In this document: positions 1-11,597 of the stretch, one piece after another | Layout: the number at the start of each line of letters is the position of its first letter | How positions within the stretch are numbered: the first letter of the stretch is position 1 | Source of the DNA: Paecilomyces variotii | Lineage: Eukaryota | Reading direction: 5' to 3' (one strand) | Length of the DNA stretch: 64,000 nt | NCBI GenBank assembly: GCA_004022145.1 | Contig: RCNU01000007.1 | The notes under the pieces: model-generated | What the model saw: the letters and a program-made list of their open reading frames with translations, nothing else | Database searches by the model: none | What the model was told of the DNA's origin: nothing | Made by a program: the position numbers and the translations under genes

Positions 1-1
1 C

Positions 2-442
2 AAGCAGCTCAGTCCGGACGAGATTACCCGCATGCTCCGGAGCCTCTCCTACGATGACGAGACAAACAAAGAGCTGGTGGAGACCTTTAGGGGTGTGGAC
101 GGCCGCACCGTTACGGACGAGAATGCGCTCTTGCATCCTGACGAAGACGCTATGCCAGTATGGGCTCCGAATTCGAAGCACGGCGACCAGCGAGAAGTGG
201 ACAATTCACAGTCTACATCCACGAACACTAAGGCGTTAAGTAGCAGAGGAGAGGGAAGACATAAACATAAACCTCCTCCTCTACCGTTCCCCGGCTCGCC
301 CAAGCTCCCCAACCCGCTGAACTGCATGACATACAGGTGTAGGAGGCCGGATGATTGTCTGCTGTACAATCACATGTACCATGCCGAATGTTACTCTTGC
401 ATCATACCGGCTCATCAGAACCAGGGACGTTGCAGTAGCTAG
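2..442 (+). CDS. Possible 3' part of an unidentified coding region running in from the window edge
   Basis: Frame is open from position 2 (KQLSPDEITRMLRSLSYDDETNKELVETFRG...) and looks coding-like over the first ~250 nt. No recognisable domain. Confidence 0.3.
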   Translation, partial: KQLSPDEITRMLRSLSYDDETNKELVETFRGVDGRTVTDENALLHPDEDAMPVWAPNSKHGDQREVDNSQSTSTNTKALSSRGEGRHKHKPPPLPFPGSPKLPNPLNCMTYRCRRPDDCLLYNHMYHAECYSCIIPAHQNQGRCSS

Positions 443-1478
443 TACTAGGACGACCTATTCTAAGATCTCTCTTTCAATAACACAAGGGGCTGTCTCGATG
501 ATGTTCTACCTCTATCTAGCACTTCATTTGCTTGCACTTCTATTTCGGTATCGTTTGTCGCCTGATTTTCGGAATCTCCTCCATCTGCTCCTGTGTGAAG
601 TACATCCTGGAAAAGAAGTAACTGTCAGAGATATATCAGACCCAAATGAAGTGCCAAGCGACGATATGATATTCGTTTTCTGCTAATAGATTGTGGCCCC
701 GATTGCAAGCTTGACTCGACAAGATTAAAACACTTACTTTCTCCGAGGATAATGCGATTATGTAGCTAATATCGTACTAGAAAAAGGAGCGAATATGATC
801 GTGTGCACGTAAGCATGAACCGAACAGAAACCAGCACCGTCCTTTGGGTGTTTTTTAATATTCCATATTCATTTCAACGATATTTTTTAATGTCTTTTTA
901 ACAATAATCACGCATATGAAACATAAGAAGAGGCAATCAGTGACCATGTTCCCTGACCTTATCTTGCAGTCCTGTCCTATTACAGGAAATTGCCAACCCA
1001 TTTTCGACATCTGGAATGTTACATCGATGCATAAAGATTGAAGAATAGGGGCCCCCAGTTGCGTCTGTTTGTTCGATACGGCAAATCTGAATGCCTTTAT
1101 ACTAGGAATTGGAGTACACCTAGCCGATACCTGCAGGTATAGAGTTTCATGCACTGGCTCCCCTAATGTCTAGTTGAGAGATCTATTCTCCAATACAATT
1201 TCTAGTTAGCGGTGAAAGGTTTCGAGATATTTTTTCTACTTGACTTTTTCTACTTGATTCAATAAGCCACTTCTGACGGACAACACACTCTCAATCAGTG
1301 CAAACCTTAGTGGAAGCGAGGGGACGAAAATGAATGTTTAGCAGAGGATCGTCAATGCTGCCTTGGACCACCAGTGACAGGGCTATCTAGCCTCTAGTTT
1401 GATAGCTTGAGTCTTGATCAGATATGTGAAGTTTACTCCTATGTAGTTGTTTACCTAGTTACCCTAAAGTAGTAAATA

Positions 1479-2088
1479 GAGGGATTTCGCAGCGTAATTT
1501 TGGAGCAGTAGGATCCCTTATATGGGAAGGTTCGTGCCTTGGCATGAAAATACGCCAACCCCTTATGGATAGTTCGCCGTTCTCCACTTCCTCTAGCGTC
1601 TGGTTTTACGCCGTATCTTGAAGCATCCGAACGGCAGTCGTTGGAGCATTGCATCTAAAGAGGGATACTTTATTTGGTATAGACTGCTAGCCTAAGGCCA
1701 ACATTAAGTCAGTTTATAATGTTAGATCGCCGCACCTCTAATATTCAGCGATATTCAAGGAATTTGGTATAATAACCCCCCTTTTAAGCTTATTTTACCT
1801 TCCTAAAGTATTCTAAATAATAAATATTAGTATATCCTTTTAAAAAATCATTATAATTATCCCTTTTTATAGGAATATTTAAGGTAATTAGCCTTTAGCG
1901 ATAAAATCCTACTTAACGTTAGTGACAGCTCAGTTATTGATGATTAATCTATTATTAATCAGTAATTGTTTTTCAAAAGCTTCAAAAATTGCTTACTAGT
2001 TCAGCGCCATCAATGGGTCAAGCTTTACTTATTAAAGGAACCTACCCCCCACTATCCTCCTACGCCTGGACGAGCTGCGAAATCCCTC
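1479..2088. mobile_element. Non-autonomous TIR DNA transposon relic (MITE-like; TA flanks suggest Tc1/mariner-type), probably RIP-mutated
   Basis: Perfect 15-bp inverted repeats GAGGGATTTCGCAGC (1479-1493) and GCTGCGAAATCCCTC (2074-2088), each flanked by TA (1477-78, 2089-90). Interior (~1740-1990) is very AT/TpA-rich and has no long ORF. Confidence 0.7.
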
Positions 2089-3003
2089 TAATAATAACTA
2101 CGGCAGGTCGTTATGACAACTATGCAACCAGTCTCCTCAGGAGTTCCAGTTATCCGCTCGAGTCCGACACGCGCTAAGCAAGCTAAGCAACCGTCTCCGA
2201 GATATCCGCGTTGGCATCAGCTCAGCTTGGTATGAACATCTGATGGACTCTAGAACCAGAGAATAAGCCTCTAGAATGCCTCTCAACTCCTATTCTACTC
2301 TTGATTGCTTGACTGCTCTCATAGGGAGTTTATGTTAGCAACTTGATAGTAACTTGAACCCCTTACCGGGTATACATCGACGGTCGTATACCATAAGTTA
2401 TCGACACTCTCCACTTGCTGTGTCATTTGACGTCAAAGCAGCCGACCTTATGATTCATATCGCAGAGGACTCAGTATGGTATATTCGATGAACATTATTA
2501 CGTATTGTTCCAGACGCGATCAGCATCTGCGCTGGAATCTGCCCTCCTGGAGAAGCTAGGTTGGCATCTTATGGTCGTCTGGATATCGAAACATTAGTGG
2601 TTCCTGCCCCTTGGTCGCGGGGAGACATATGGTACTTAGCCTGTCCCGTCTTGAAATCGTTCTTCTTCACTACCATACGCTCTCGTCAACTGTATCTACT
2701 TGTTTGTCTTGTCTGGCTGGACTAAATCGACCCCGGTGGGTCGCTGTTTCTGCATCGCCATGCTCAACCTGCGGTGATCGAGCATACATCATCAACATCA
2801 GTCTAAGAATCTTACTCGAGTAGTCGCCAGGCGCCAGCACAGGCACAGCCCCGCACAGTCCCACATCGAAGTACCAAGTTTGTGGCGAGGCTTCTTATCT
2901 TAGAAGTGCCATTTAGATCACATCACTACTTCCCATCCTCATCCTTTCTACTGATACTTGATTTCGCATATATCTATCTAAACAATCGTTCTCAACGGCC
3001 ACG

Positions 3004-4356
3004 ATGGAGGCACATACTCCGCTGCTGGAAAATATGTCGTCCTCTCTTGGATTGGATTCAACAGAACCTGTCTCGCCGGAGACCCCACTGCTAAGGGAAC
3101 GCAAGCATCTGGCGCTCTGTATGCTTTCATCATCCTCCCCTATCTTTTGCAGCGCCCGAGTTGACCTCATCTACCAGCCAATTATGAAACAAAGACAAGC
3201 AACAAGCGTGGGCGGAAACTCCCACATATCATCGCACATCGCGGATTCAAAAACAAGTTCCCAGAAAATACCATGGGAGCATTCCGAGGTGCCATAGACG
3301 CAGGCAGTCACGCGATTGAGACAGATTTGCACTTGTCGAAAGATGGAGTTGTAGTAATCTCACATGTACATACGACGTATCCCCGTTGAACTACACCTTC
3401 ACAAGTCCTCTAACCTTGATGGCCCCAGGATGCTACTTTGAAGCGTTGTTTTGGGGTGGACAAACGCGTGATCGATTGCGACTGGGAGTATCTCAGTACG
3501 CTGAGAACGCTCGAGAAGCCATACGACAGCATGCCAAGATTATCAGATCTGCTTGAGTATCTTGCCTCTCCGGGGCTGGAGGATATCTGGCTATTGCTGG
3601 ATATCAAAGTGAGTCCCTTTATTTTCCATGACTCTTCTTGTTTGTATGTGCCTGCTTACTCGTGATTTAGATCGACAATGACCCGGAGACGATTATGCGA
3701 CGAATCGCCGAAACTGCAGCGGCAGTTGCACCAGGCCGGAAACCGTGGAGTGAACGAATCGTGCTTGGATGCTGGTCGGTAAGTACAGAATACCACCATC
3801 TTATGCCATTGACGAATGGAACCCCAGAAAGTAGTCAGACTCCATGGGACCCTGAACACATTCTGACAGCAGCATCGTATAGGCAAAGTACCTACCACTT
3901 GCGAGAGAATATCTTCCAGATTATCCGATAGCGTTGATTTGCATAGATCTTTCCTACGCTCGCCAGTTTCTCTCCATCCCCAACGTCTCTTTCAATGTCA
4001 ACCAAAAGATCCTTATGGGTCCACTAGGTCGCAATTTCCTTGAAGAAGCCCGAGCCGCGAACCGCCTAGTATTCGTGTGGACGGTCAACAAGACGAGTCT
4101 AATGCGCTGGAGCATCCGCAAGGGCGTAGACGGTGTCATCACGGATGACCCTGCTGTGTTCAAGGCTATCTGCGATAACTGGGATGGCGGAGGTACCGAT
4201 AAGGACCCAATCACGATGTCAGATCGACTAGAGTCGCTCCTTGTGTCGGCTGTGGTTCTTCTATTCGGGTGGCTTTTCAAATTGAAATATTTCCCTCCTG
4301 TGGAGAAGTTTGTGCCGCGCGAAACGAATGGGAAAGACAAAAAGTTATATTTATGA
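3004..4356 (+). CDS. Glycerophosphodiester phosphodiesterase-family protein, Pgc1-like, 5 exons
   Basis: Removing introns ~3119-3177, 3366-3428, 3609-3670 and 3779-3882 gives IIAHRGF..PENTMGAF..AIETDLHLSKDGVVVISHD, LLLDIK, VWTVN and GVDGVITDDP, plus a C-terminal hydrophobic anchor. Confidence 0.9.
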
Positions 4357-5169
4357 AAGCTTGACGATCCGCAATACCTTGCAATTAATGTTTGCTTCGA
4401 GTTAACGTTGCTCTTTGATCCACTCTTGGATCTGGTGAAGATAGAACTCGATGATACGTTTCTTTGACTTGCTTATGAGAAACAATATGATACTCTTTAC
4501 CTCCATTGCGATCCCATTCATGTGGTTCTCTTTTTGAGGTTCTCAGGCAGCTTCTTAAACCCTTGAGCTCAACTACCTGCACATGACCATCGCTCCTCCC
4601 TTCCTACCAATGAAGATACTTGCCCAAAGTTCCTTTTTAAAGAAACCTAGAACATCCTCCAGCGTATATTGCATCTTGCAGAGCATGCCACCTGCATATT
4701 TTGCATAACCATCATCGCCACAAGACCGCATCTTACATGGCCATTACTAGAGTAAACTTCCTCGAACTACCGTGTGAAGTGGATTTGACAATGACGAGGT
4801 CTTTCCGAATAACAAAGCATGTTCATCATATTATGAAGGAACGGGCTAATGTAGTATCTATACAACTATTGATCACATAAGTCCCGGGTGTATACTTCGA
4901 GATGTTCGGGTCATAGGTTTAGTAGCTGAACCCCTAAGCAAGATAATAAATTGCGATAACGTGGCACCGTATCGGGATACGAATTCTGACAATTTTCATC
5001 TCAAAAGCTAATTTTCTCGATAAAGATAGGTAGTGCATGAACATGAACTCTATAAAAAAACAGCCTTGATTATAATGGCCACAGTCGTTTAAAAATGCAA
5101 AACAAAAGAATATTTGCGATAGTATGTAGAGAGGAATGGCGGTGATGAAAAAAAAGAAATTTCCGATGA

Positions 5170-5241
5170 CTCCGATGCGGGGAATCGAACCCCGAGCTGC
5201 TGTGTGAGAGACAGCGATGTTAGCCATTACACCACATCGGA
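5170..5241 (-). tRNA. tRNA-Glu (anticodon CTC), no intron
   Basis: Reverse complement TCCGATGTGGTGTAATGGCTAACATCGCTGTCTCTCACACAGCAGCTCGGGGTTCGATTCCCCGCATCGGAG folds as a cloverleaf: anticodon arm GCTGT-CT-CTC-AC-ACAGC, T-loop GGTTCGATTCC, downstream oligo-T Pol III terminator. Confidence 0.97.
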
Positions 5242-7326
5242 TGTTTTTGTTGAAGGACTTGGACACTTTGCGAATACTAATGCTATTAAGTGAAGCCCAC
5301 CGGCCGTGCTCCGATAGGCTTAAGAGACCGCAACGTGATCGGCATGCCGTAGCTCTATGGAGAAATATTATAACTATGATCTACGCTATAAACTGCAACA
5401 TATCTACATGTGACAGTCACTATCTATTCCGATTTGAGGTGCCCTTGTCTTGTTCTGCGCGGCATCTTTCTCTACTGTCTGTACCTAACAGGGCAGTCGA
5501 AATACCGTACAACGATGGCGCAATATAAAACGCTCACAGAGCGTTAGCCTCTCAATAATTGCCCTCTTCTATAGGCATTAAAGGCTCAAGGGTCCTCGGC
5601 ATATAGTGTCCCAGATCCGCTAAGAAGAAAGAGCGGATAAATGCAAGAACAATGGGATCGTCTGAAACATACACGACAATTACTCTCGAGGTCAGTGCAC
5701 TCACTTATGCAGTCAACCCATGGTTAACACGACCCATCAGTATGTGCAACGGTTTCATTATGTGTTCTTCCTGCATTACTGCTTTGTCGTGGCTCGCAGC
5801 AGCGGTGTCCAAGATCTTCATCCGTTATCAAAATAGCGAGGATAGGAGTCTATGGCCCGCACTGCACCTCCCTTCTTATACCCGGTTCTATAATAGCTCT
5901 GGCGCAGCTGCAACTGCAGACTATCTAATCTACATGAGGCTTCTGTAGGCCGTTTTACCTGGTTCAGGTTGTGGATTGCGCGATTATCCACGAAGACCGT
6001 AGATCATGCACCATGCATCGCTTCCTTCAAGTTTGACAACTTGGAATTATACCGCCATGTTGATGTCTGCGGTGTGGTTCATGCGAAAGACCCAAGAGAG
6101 ACAGGCAACTAAAGTTTCTACCAGTATGCATGGTCATGCTAGTTCTTTCCGACTCGGATGAGGGGATGGAAGCAGTTGAAGATGTCTTATCTGTTGATAG
6201 ACAGAAAGGGTGGCGATCCTCGCCACCAAACATGTCAGTGATAGCAGTGAAAATGATAGAGCACCGCTGGAATCTAGATACTGCTAACTCATTCATTTCT
6301 GTCAGTTGCTGCTTCTTTATCCCATTTCGAAACGGCCGTCAACGACGACCGGTAAGATGGAGGCCGTTCTTAAATCCGAGGGCATATGCCCACTTTGGAG
6401 GTTAGACTAGTACGTCTTTTCGCTCCTGACCGGCCCCTCCATGACGGCAACGTCTATCAGATACCAGTCTAAGTCGGCCCATGAGGCTACCAGCCGTGGC
6501 GGCAAAAGAGAATTATAGCTCGGCCCGTGAGCCCAGTCGGGATAACAGCGGAATGCGCGGTAAAAAGGACGCTCGGACATTTCATCTGGTTTGTGTTATC
6601 TAGAAAGAGCTATCCTTCCACCATCCCATATGTATATTAGATGGGGACCCCTCCTCGCATCGGCGCACGCGATAGTGCCAAACGATTCTACTGGTTGAGT
6701 TTCTACGCTCGATCATCGATTGCATTGCGCAGCGACGCTAGCATGGAGTTTGCCCACGTCGCGTCAAAAAGCTCCAACGCACTTTCGGGAGAGGAGATGC
6801 AGCAGCATCCAGCATCGATAATGGGTTAATCTTACTTACCCGACAGGCACGCTTAGCAGAGAAGCCCTACGAAAGGATAAATATAGATATCATGATCGAC
6901 AAGCATCATGCATAGTTTGTAGGCGACAGTATCCCAGCTCGGTCCGAACAGCAATGCCTACTCAAAACACCAGACCATACAGCGGGTCAAACCCTGGAAA
7001 AAGAAAACGCCCGTCACCGATGGTATATACAGAGGTCATTATTGAACGCGTGAAATAGCGCAATACCGAATCCGAGCAGCCTCCAATTCCAAGAGGAGGG
7101 AAGTGGGAAAAAAGACATTGAAAGCAAAAGATAAGAGACCACCGGACGCCATAGATGATCACGTATATAGATGATTCAGACTCCCACCCCAACGCCTTTG
7201 ATAGAAGGGAATTTTAGAAATTGAAAAATGTATGTCTGTAATAAACAAACGGGACCTTCCTGCCCCGCTCAAGAATCCATTGACCGCTAGCGCGAAAGGG
7301 TATATCTTGGGAGAGATGATCCATGT

Positions 7327-10300
7327 TCACTTTCGAAAGCTTTCCACACCGAGGATTGGTGTCTCCACGAGGCGGTCGCATGGGACGCCTTCGTCGCGTC
7401 TCCTCTCAAAGAAACTGTCACACTCAGACACGACCTGTGCCCACTCCGCAAGTGCACGTCCTGCATACTTGCTAGCGACGAGAGTTTCGTTCCGCGGCCG
7501 GAGGAGTTCTTCTTTGGTTGGCCGTTCCGGTCCCTTAACTTGCTGCCTTCCGAGATGCTGGTGGTCTTGTCTCGCCGATCGGTCGTCGGAACCTGTCTCG
7601 GAACCAGATGCTCGAGCAGACCTGGACTCCGAATCCGAGTCAAGATCAGAGACCGAATCGGTGGAGGGATGACGAGACATAGACCGGCAACCTTGGAGAT
7701 GTAACTGAGTGGCAACAGGCAAGCGGGGGGGAAAGAGACGTTTGTTCTTGCTAGGCCATTGCGGGCGGTCTAGCCACTCAAGAGAAAATCGAAAGCAAAA
7801 TTGCTGATGCGGCGTGCGCGGACGGCGAATGGCAGGGGCAGCTTGTGGCTGGCTTTTGTCTTCGGAGTCGCGTTTGCTACCGGGGCCACTCGACCCTTCG
7901 TCGGCTGTATGTGATTCTAGCTCGTCGCAAGCGCTCCCAGGAGGCGTAACTTCACCCGGCTTCGGATTTGCAGGCGAACCGAACATCGTCCGCAGTATAC
8001 TCCATCTTTTCTTGGGGGCGGGTGCTGGTTCCGCTGGGGGCTCGTTCGTATGTAGTTTGAGACTGCTATGGTTTCGGTAAGCTGTAGGCTGCACCGATGA
8101 AGGTGGGGGAACGACACGGTCAAAGGAAACAAAGAGGCTAGGGGGAGAAGGCAGATTGTCGCTTCGTATTATGATTATTCTCCGGCCAGGGGCCGGACTG
8201 CAAGGAGCAGACGATAAAGGAGCACTGAGCTCCTTCTCAGCTCGTGACTGGAAAGTAAGATAGTACGCCCAGATCTGCTCCAGTCTATCTGCAAGCGCCT
8301 CATATATGCTTCTGTGATCAAGTGTTAGAAGTGGATACACGGTCTGATCTGGCAAGTAAGAGAAACTCACGAATCCATTGGAGAGCGATCTCCATTATAA
8401 CGAGCCACCCTCCAGCATATAAGGCGATGGAAATAAGAGCGGACCATCGGGCTCCAGTGATTAAAGTAATGGTAGAAGTAATTTTCGTTCAGAAGTATGC
8501 CGTGACAGAGATCGCCTTTCCGCTCTTCGCAGCTCGTCAAAGTATTCCAAATACAAAAGAAGAATGAAAAGACTCGGACCTCGGTGAGGGAATTATGACT
8601 CTTCATCATCTGTCTACACACATCCAACCAGAAGTCCCAGTCAAATAGTTCAGTCTGTATAAACTGAGAGAAGCGAACGAAGATAGAACCGACTTCTTCC
8701 AGGAAATCACACAGGACGAAACAGGCGTTGTGGTCAAAGCGCGAGACTTTGCGGGCTGCTGCTTTCATGATACTGCAGAAAGACTCTGCATACAGTTGCC
8801 GAGCAGCACAGGGTTCTGCTGAAGACTCGGACAACAAGTCCCGGAGGAGAATTATCAATCGGTTTTCGGCCATCGAGCGATGACAGTTGGCTACTCCCAA
8901 GGGCATTGCAGAGGCAGATGCATCAGGGCCCTCCATAAAGTCGTCGAAAGTAACAGAGGCGACGGCGTGCGGGTTCTCGGGCATCTGTGGAATAGACTGC
9001 TTATACAGGGTATCCTCCAGGACGACCAGCAGCTGTCCGTGGACTGACAATAACCCTGGAGCCAGAATCCTTTTGTCTTTTTCCAGATTCCCGGGAACGA
9101 ATTCTGAGAAAAGTACATGGAAATACTTGACGAAGACAAAAAAAAGATCTGTATCCCGGCCAGACCAGCGAGACATCCAAGGCCCATTCCATGGGATGCG
9201 AGAGGCACTCAAGGGAACGTTTGGCTTTTGACGTAGATACCGAATCATAGCTGCATGTCCCGAAAACGATAACGCTCTGATGGCTGGTGGGAAGCACAAG
9301 GCTAGGTCACCCGCGACAGTACGGGTGTCCAACCCTCTGTACACCGCGGACTCGGCCAGCACGCGCCGGAGCACATCCGGCGGTGTGTTCCAGAGTCGGA
9401 CTAGAATATCTGCGATACCAGGACAGAAGAAAAAAGCGTACGCGCAGGCTTTACCGCAAAACGACACCAAACTGGCAGGTGCGTGTCTCATGGACATCCG
9501 CTCGACGACAAATGCCATCTGGGACAATAGGTTCTGGGTGAAGATGTTTCGAATATTGTGGTGGATCGATTCGACCAGGAAATCAGACCCGGTAGACCCC
9601 CTTGAGCAGTCAGAGCTCGCCGTAGAGGACCTCTGCGAGACAGGAGGCCAGGACTGAGATACAGCAAAGGCAATTCTCCACTCGGGCCGTGTCATGATAC
9701 CCGCAACAGCTTCGAGGTAAACCGGTCGATCCGTCCCCGATATGGATTGATTATTCCTCCCATTGAGCATCTCCAGTAGTCCGGTCCACCACTTGTTCAG
9801 AATATTTACTCGACGGTCGAGATCTTCTGGCCGCAATGTCTTACATGACGCATGATTGCTGTAACGGTGGAGGAAGGGTAGCAGCGACGACCGCAGCACG
9901 TTCGCTTTAAGAGAACTAGACTTCGACTGAAACCTGTATATCTCTTTTTGTCAGCCACTTGACACTATAATTGGATCCCCGCCCATACGTACTTCTGGTA
10001 ATCGCCCTCCAGGCCTCTGAAGACACCCCACAGTTCGTCCTTCTTGCGCGGCGGATCCATGCCAGCTGTGGGAGCTAGTGCCGGAGCCTTTGGCACTGGA
10101 GGCAATACGGGCGTTGAAATATTCACAGATGAGGCGAGCCGATCAAAGGACGTCTTGCTGCGTAGCGAGGTTGAAGATGGGATTGGGCGGATAGTGAGGG
10201 TGTCATTCTTGCTTCTTGACACTAGCGCGCTCAATGGTCGTCGACCCCTCCTCAGTACTGATCTCCTCCGTCCAGGCTCCGCTGGAGCTGGCTTGCTGAT

Positions 10301-10945
10301 GATATCTTCTCGGATCTCGGGGACCGGAGGAGCTTTCAATGATGACGGATCCTGCTGTCTAACCGGCGACGGTTCATTCAGCGGCATCCCCTTGAGTTTG
10401 GTGTCCTTCGTCGGAGACGGAGAGCGGGAGGAAGAGGATGTCGAGATCCATGATTTTCGAGCCAATGTTGCCAGTCTGCCCGACATAGAACGAACCCGAG
10501 AAGGCCGTACTACCGGTTCAGGCGGCTTCGTCTCCGGAACGGGGTCCGTGGCTGCGTCTTCAATATTGACCCCGGTGGCACCTTTCAATTCCTCCGCGGA
10601 CAGTGTAAACTGGGATACTGCGATCTTGGGCCGTCCATTTGCGGTCCGCTGAGAAGCCCGCCGCAGGATCGCCTTCTCCGTCTCGACGCTCTCCTTGGAG
10701 GGTGAATCCTTGAGAGCAGCCAGATTGACGTCTGAGAAGGTCCGTTTCATGTCCGTCGATTCTTGGTCGACCTGGACATCGGGTAGGTGATTGTAGCTGG
10801 CTGAACGGTGTAGGAAGGACGAAGTGTCCTCCGGGGTCGTCTCCGGAGGCGGTTGGGACATGATGACCGACGACTCTCGCGCCAATGGGTCGGAGGAAGG
10901 CAATGAGGGGAGGGGAACGTGGACGTCCCCCGAACAGTGAGCCAT
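7327..10945 (-). CDS. Large conserved fungal protein, DUF1765-like, 3 exons
   Basis: ORFs 9965-10954, 8367-9899 and 7327-8370 join in frame through GT-AG introns at ~9934-9992 and ~8310-8390. Low-complexity N-terminus, then conserved KDELW..F..L..D..KFQSK, NKWWTGLL, HWSPMVRSYF and KYAGRALAEW motifs. Confidence 0.8.
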
Positions 10946-11534
10946 TTGTGTCAATCGTCTGGAGAGGCCAGCCCCCCACGAGCGCGTGTTCAGCTGAGCG
11001 CCGCAAGGGTCAACGCATCTAGCAACTATGATGACCTCCGGGGAACATTGAACTCGAACCGGGTGACGTGAAGAGCACGTCGCGCTGGTGACGGGATACC
11101 AGACAGTCGCGGCAGCTAGATCTTCAAATGGACCAGCCCTTGAATCCTGATACAGCGTGGCCGGGCAAGCGTCCCCTGGAACAGATGCAGAATGGTTCTG
11201 CCCAGACGCACAGGCACAATGGAACCGTGTAATGAAGCCTCAACCAGGAGCCAACAATGGATGATGACGGTCGACCAAGGTTGCCTTCGTCTAGTCTGGT
11301 GGTTGGGGAGGGGAGGAAGAGTGTTTGTTGGCAGGAGACGCGCTGAAGGAGCGAGTGCACGGGGGGTCGCAATGCAAAGGGCAGCCGCTGATCTGAACGA
11401 AGGACGATAGATGATCGCAGGACGGGGATGATACCCTTGGCGGTGCGGGAAGCTGAGAAGGGGAAGGGGGAGGGGAAAGGGGGGTGAGAAATTGTTTGAC
11501 GACAACAGAGGCAAGGGAGCTGAGCGATTGTTGA

Positions 11535-11597
11535 TAGTTAGTTAGTTAGTTAGTTAGTTAACCAGCAGCTTGGAGCACTGCGAGAGAGAGAGAGAGA
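11535..11597. repeat. (TAGT)6 and (GA)n microsatellites upstream of the DUF1765-like gene
   Basis: tagttagttagttagttagttagtta at 11535-11560; GA run at ~11582-11597. Confidence 0.9.

Noticed and set aside
5600-6400. Short ORFs next to the tRNA, including a minus-strand HTDGS resembling an RNase H motif
   Set aside because: No further RT/RNase H motifs or terminal repeats found; cannot support a retroelement call without BLASTX.
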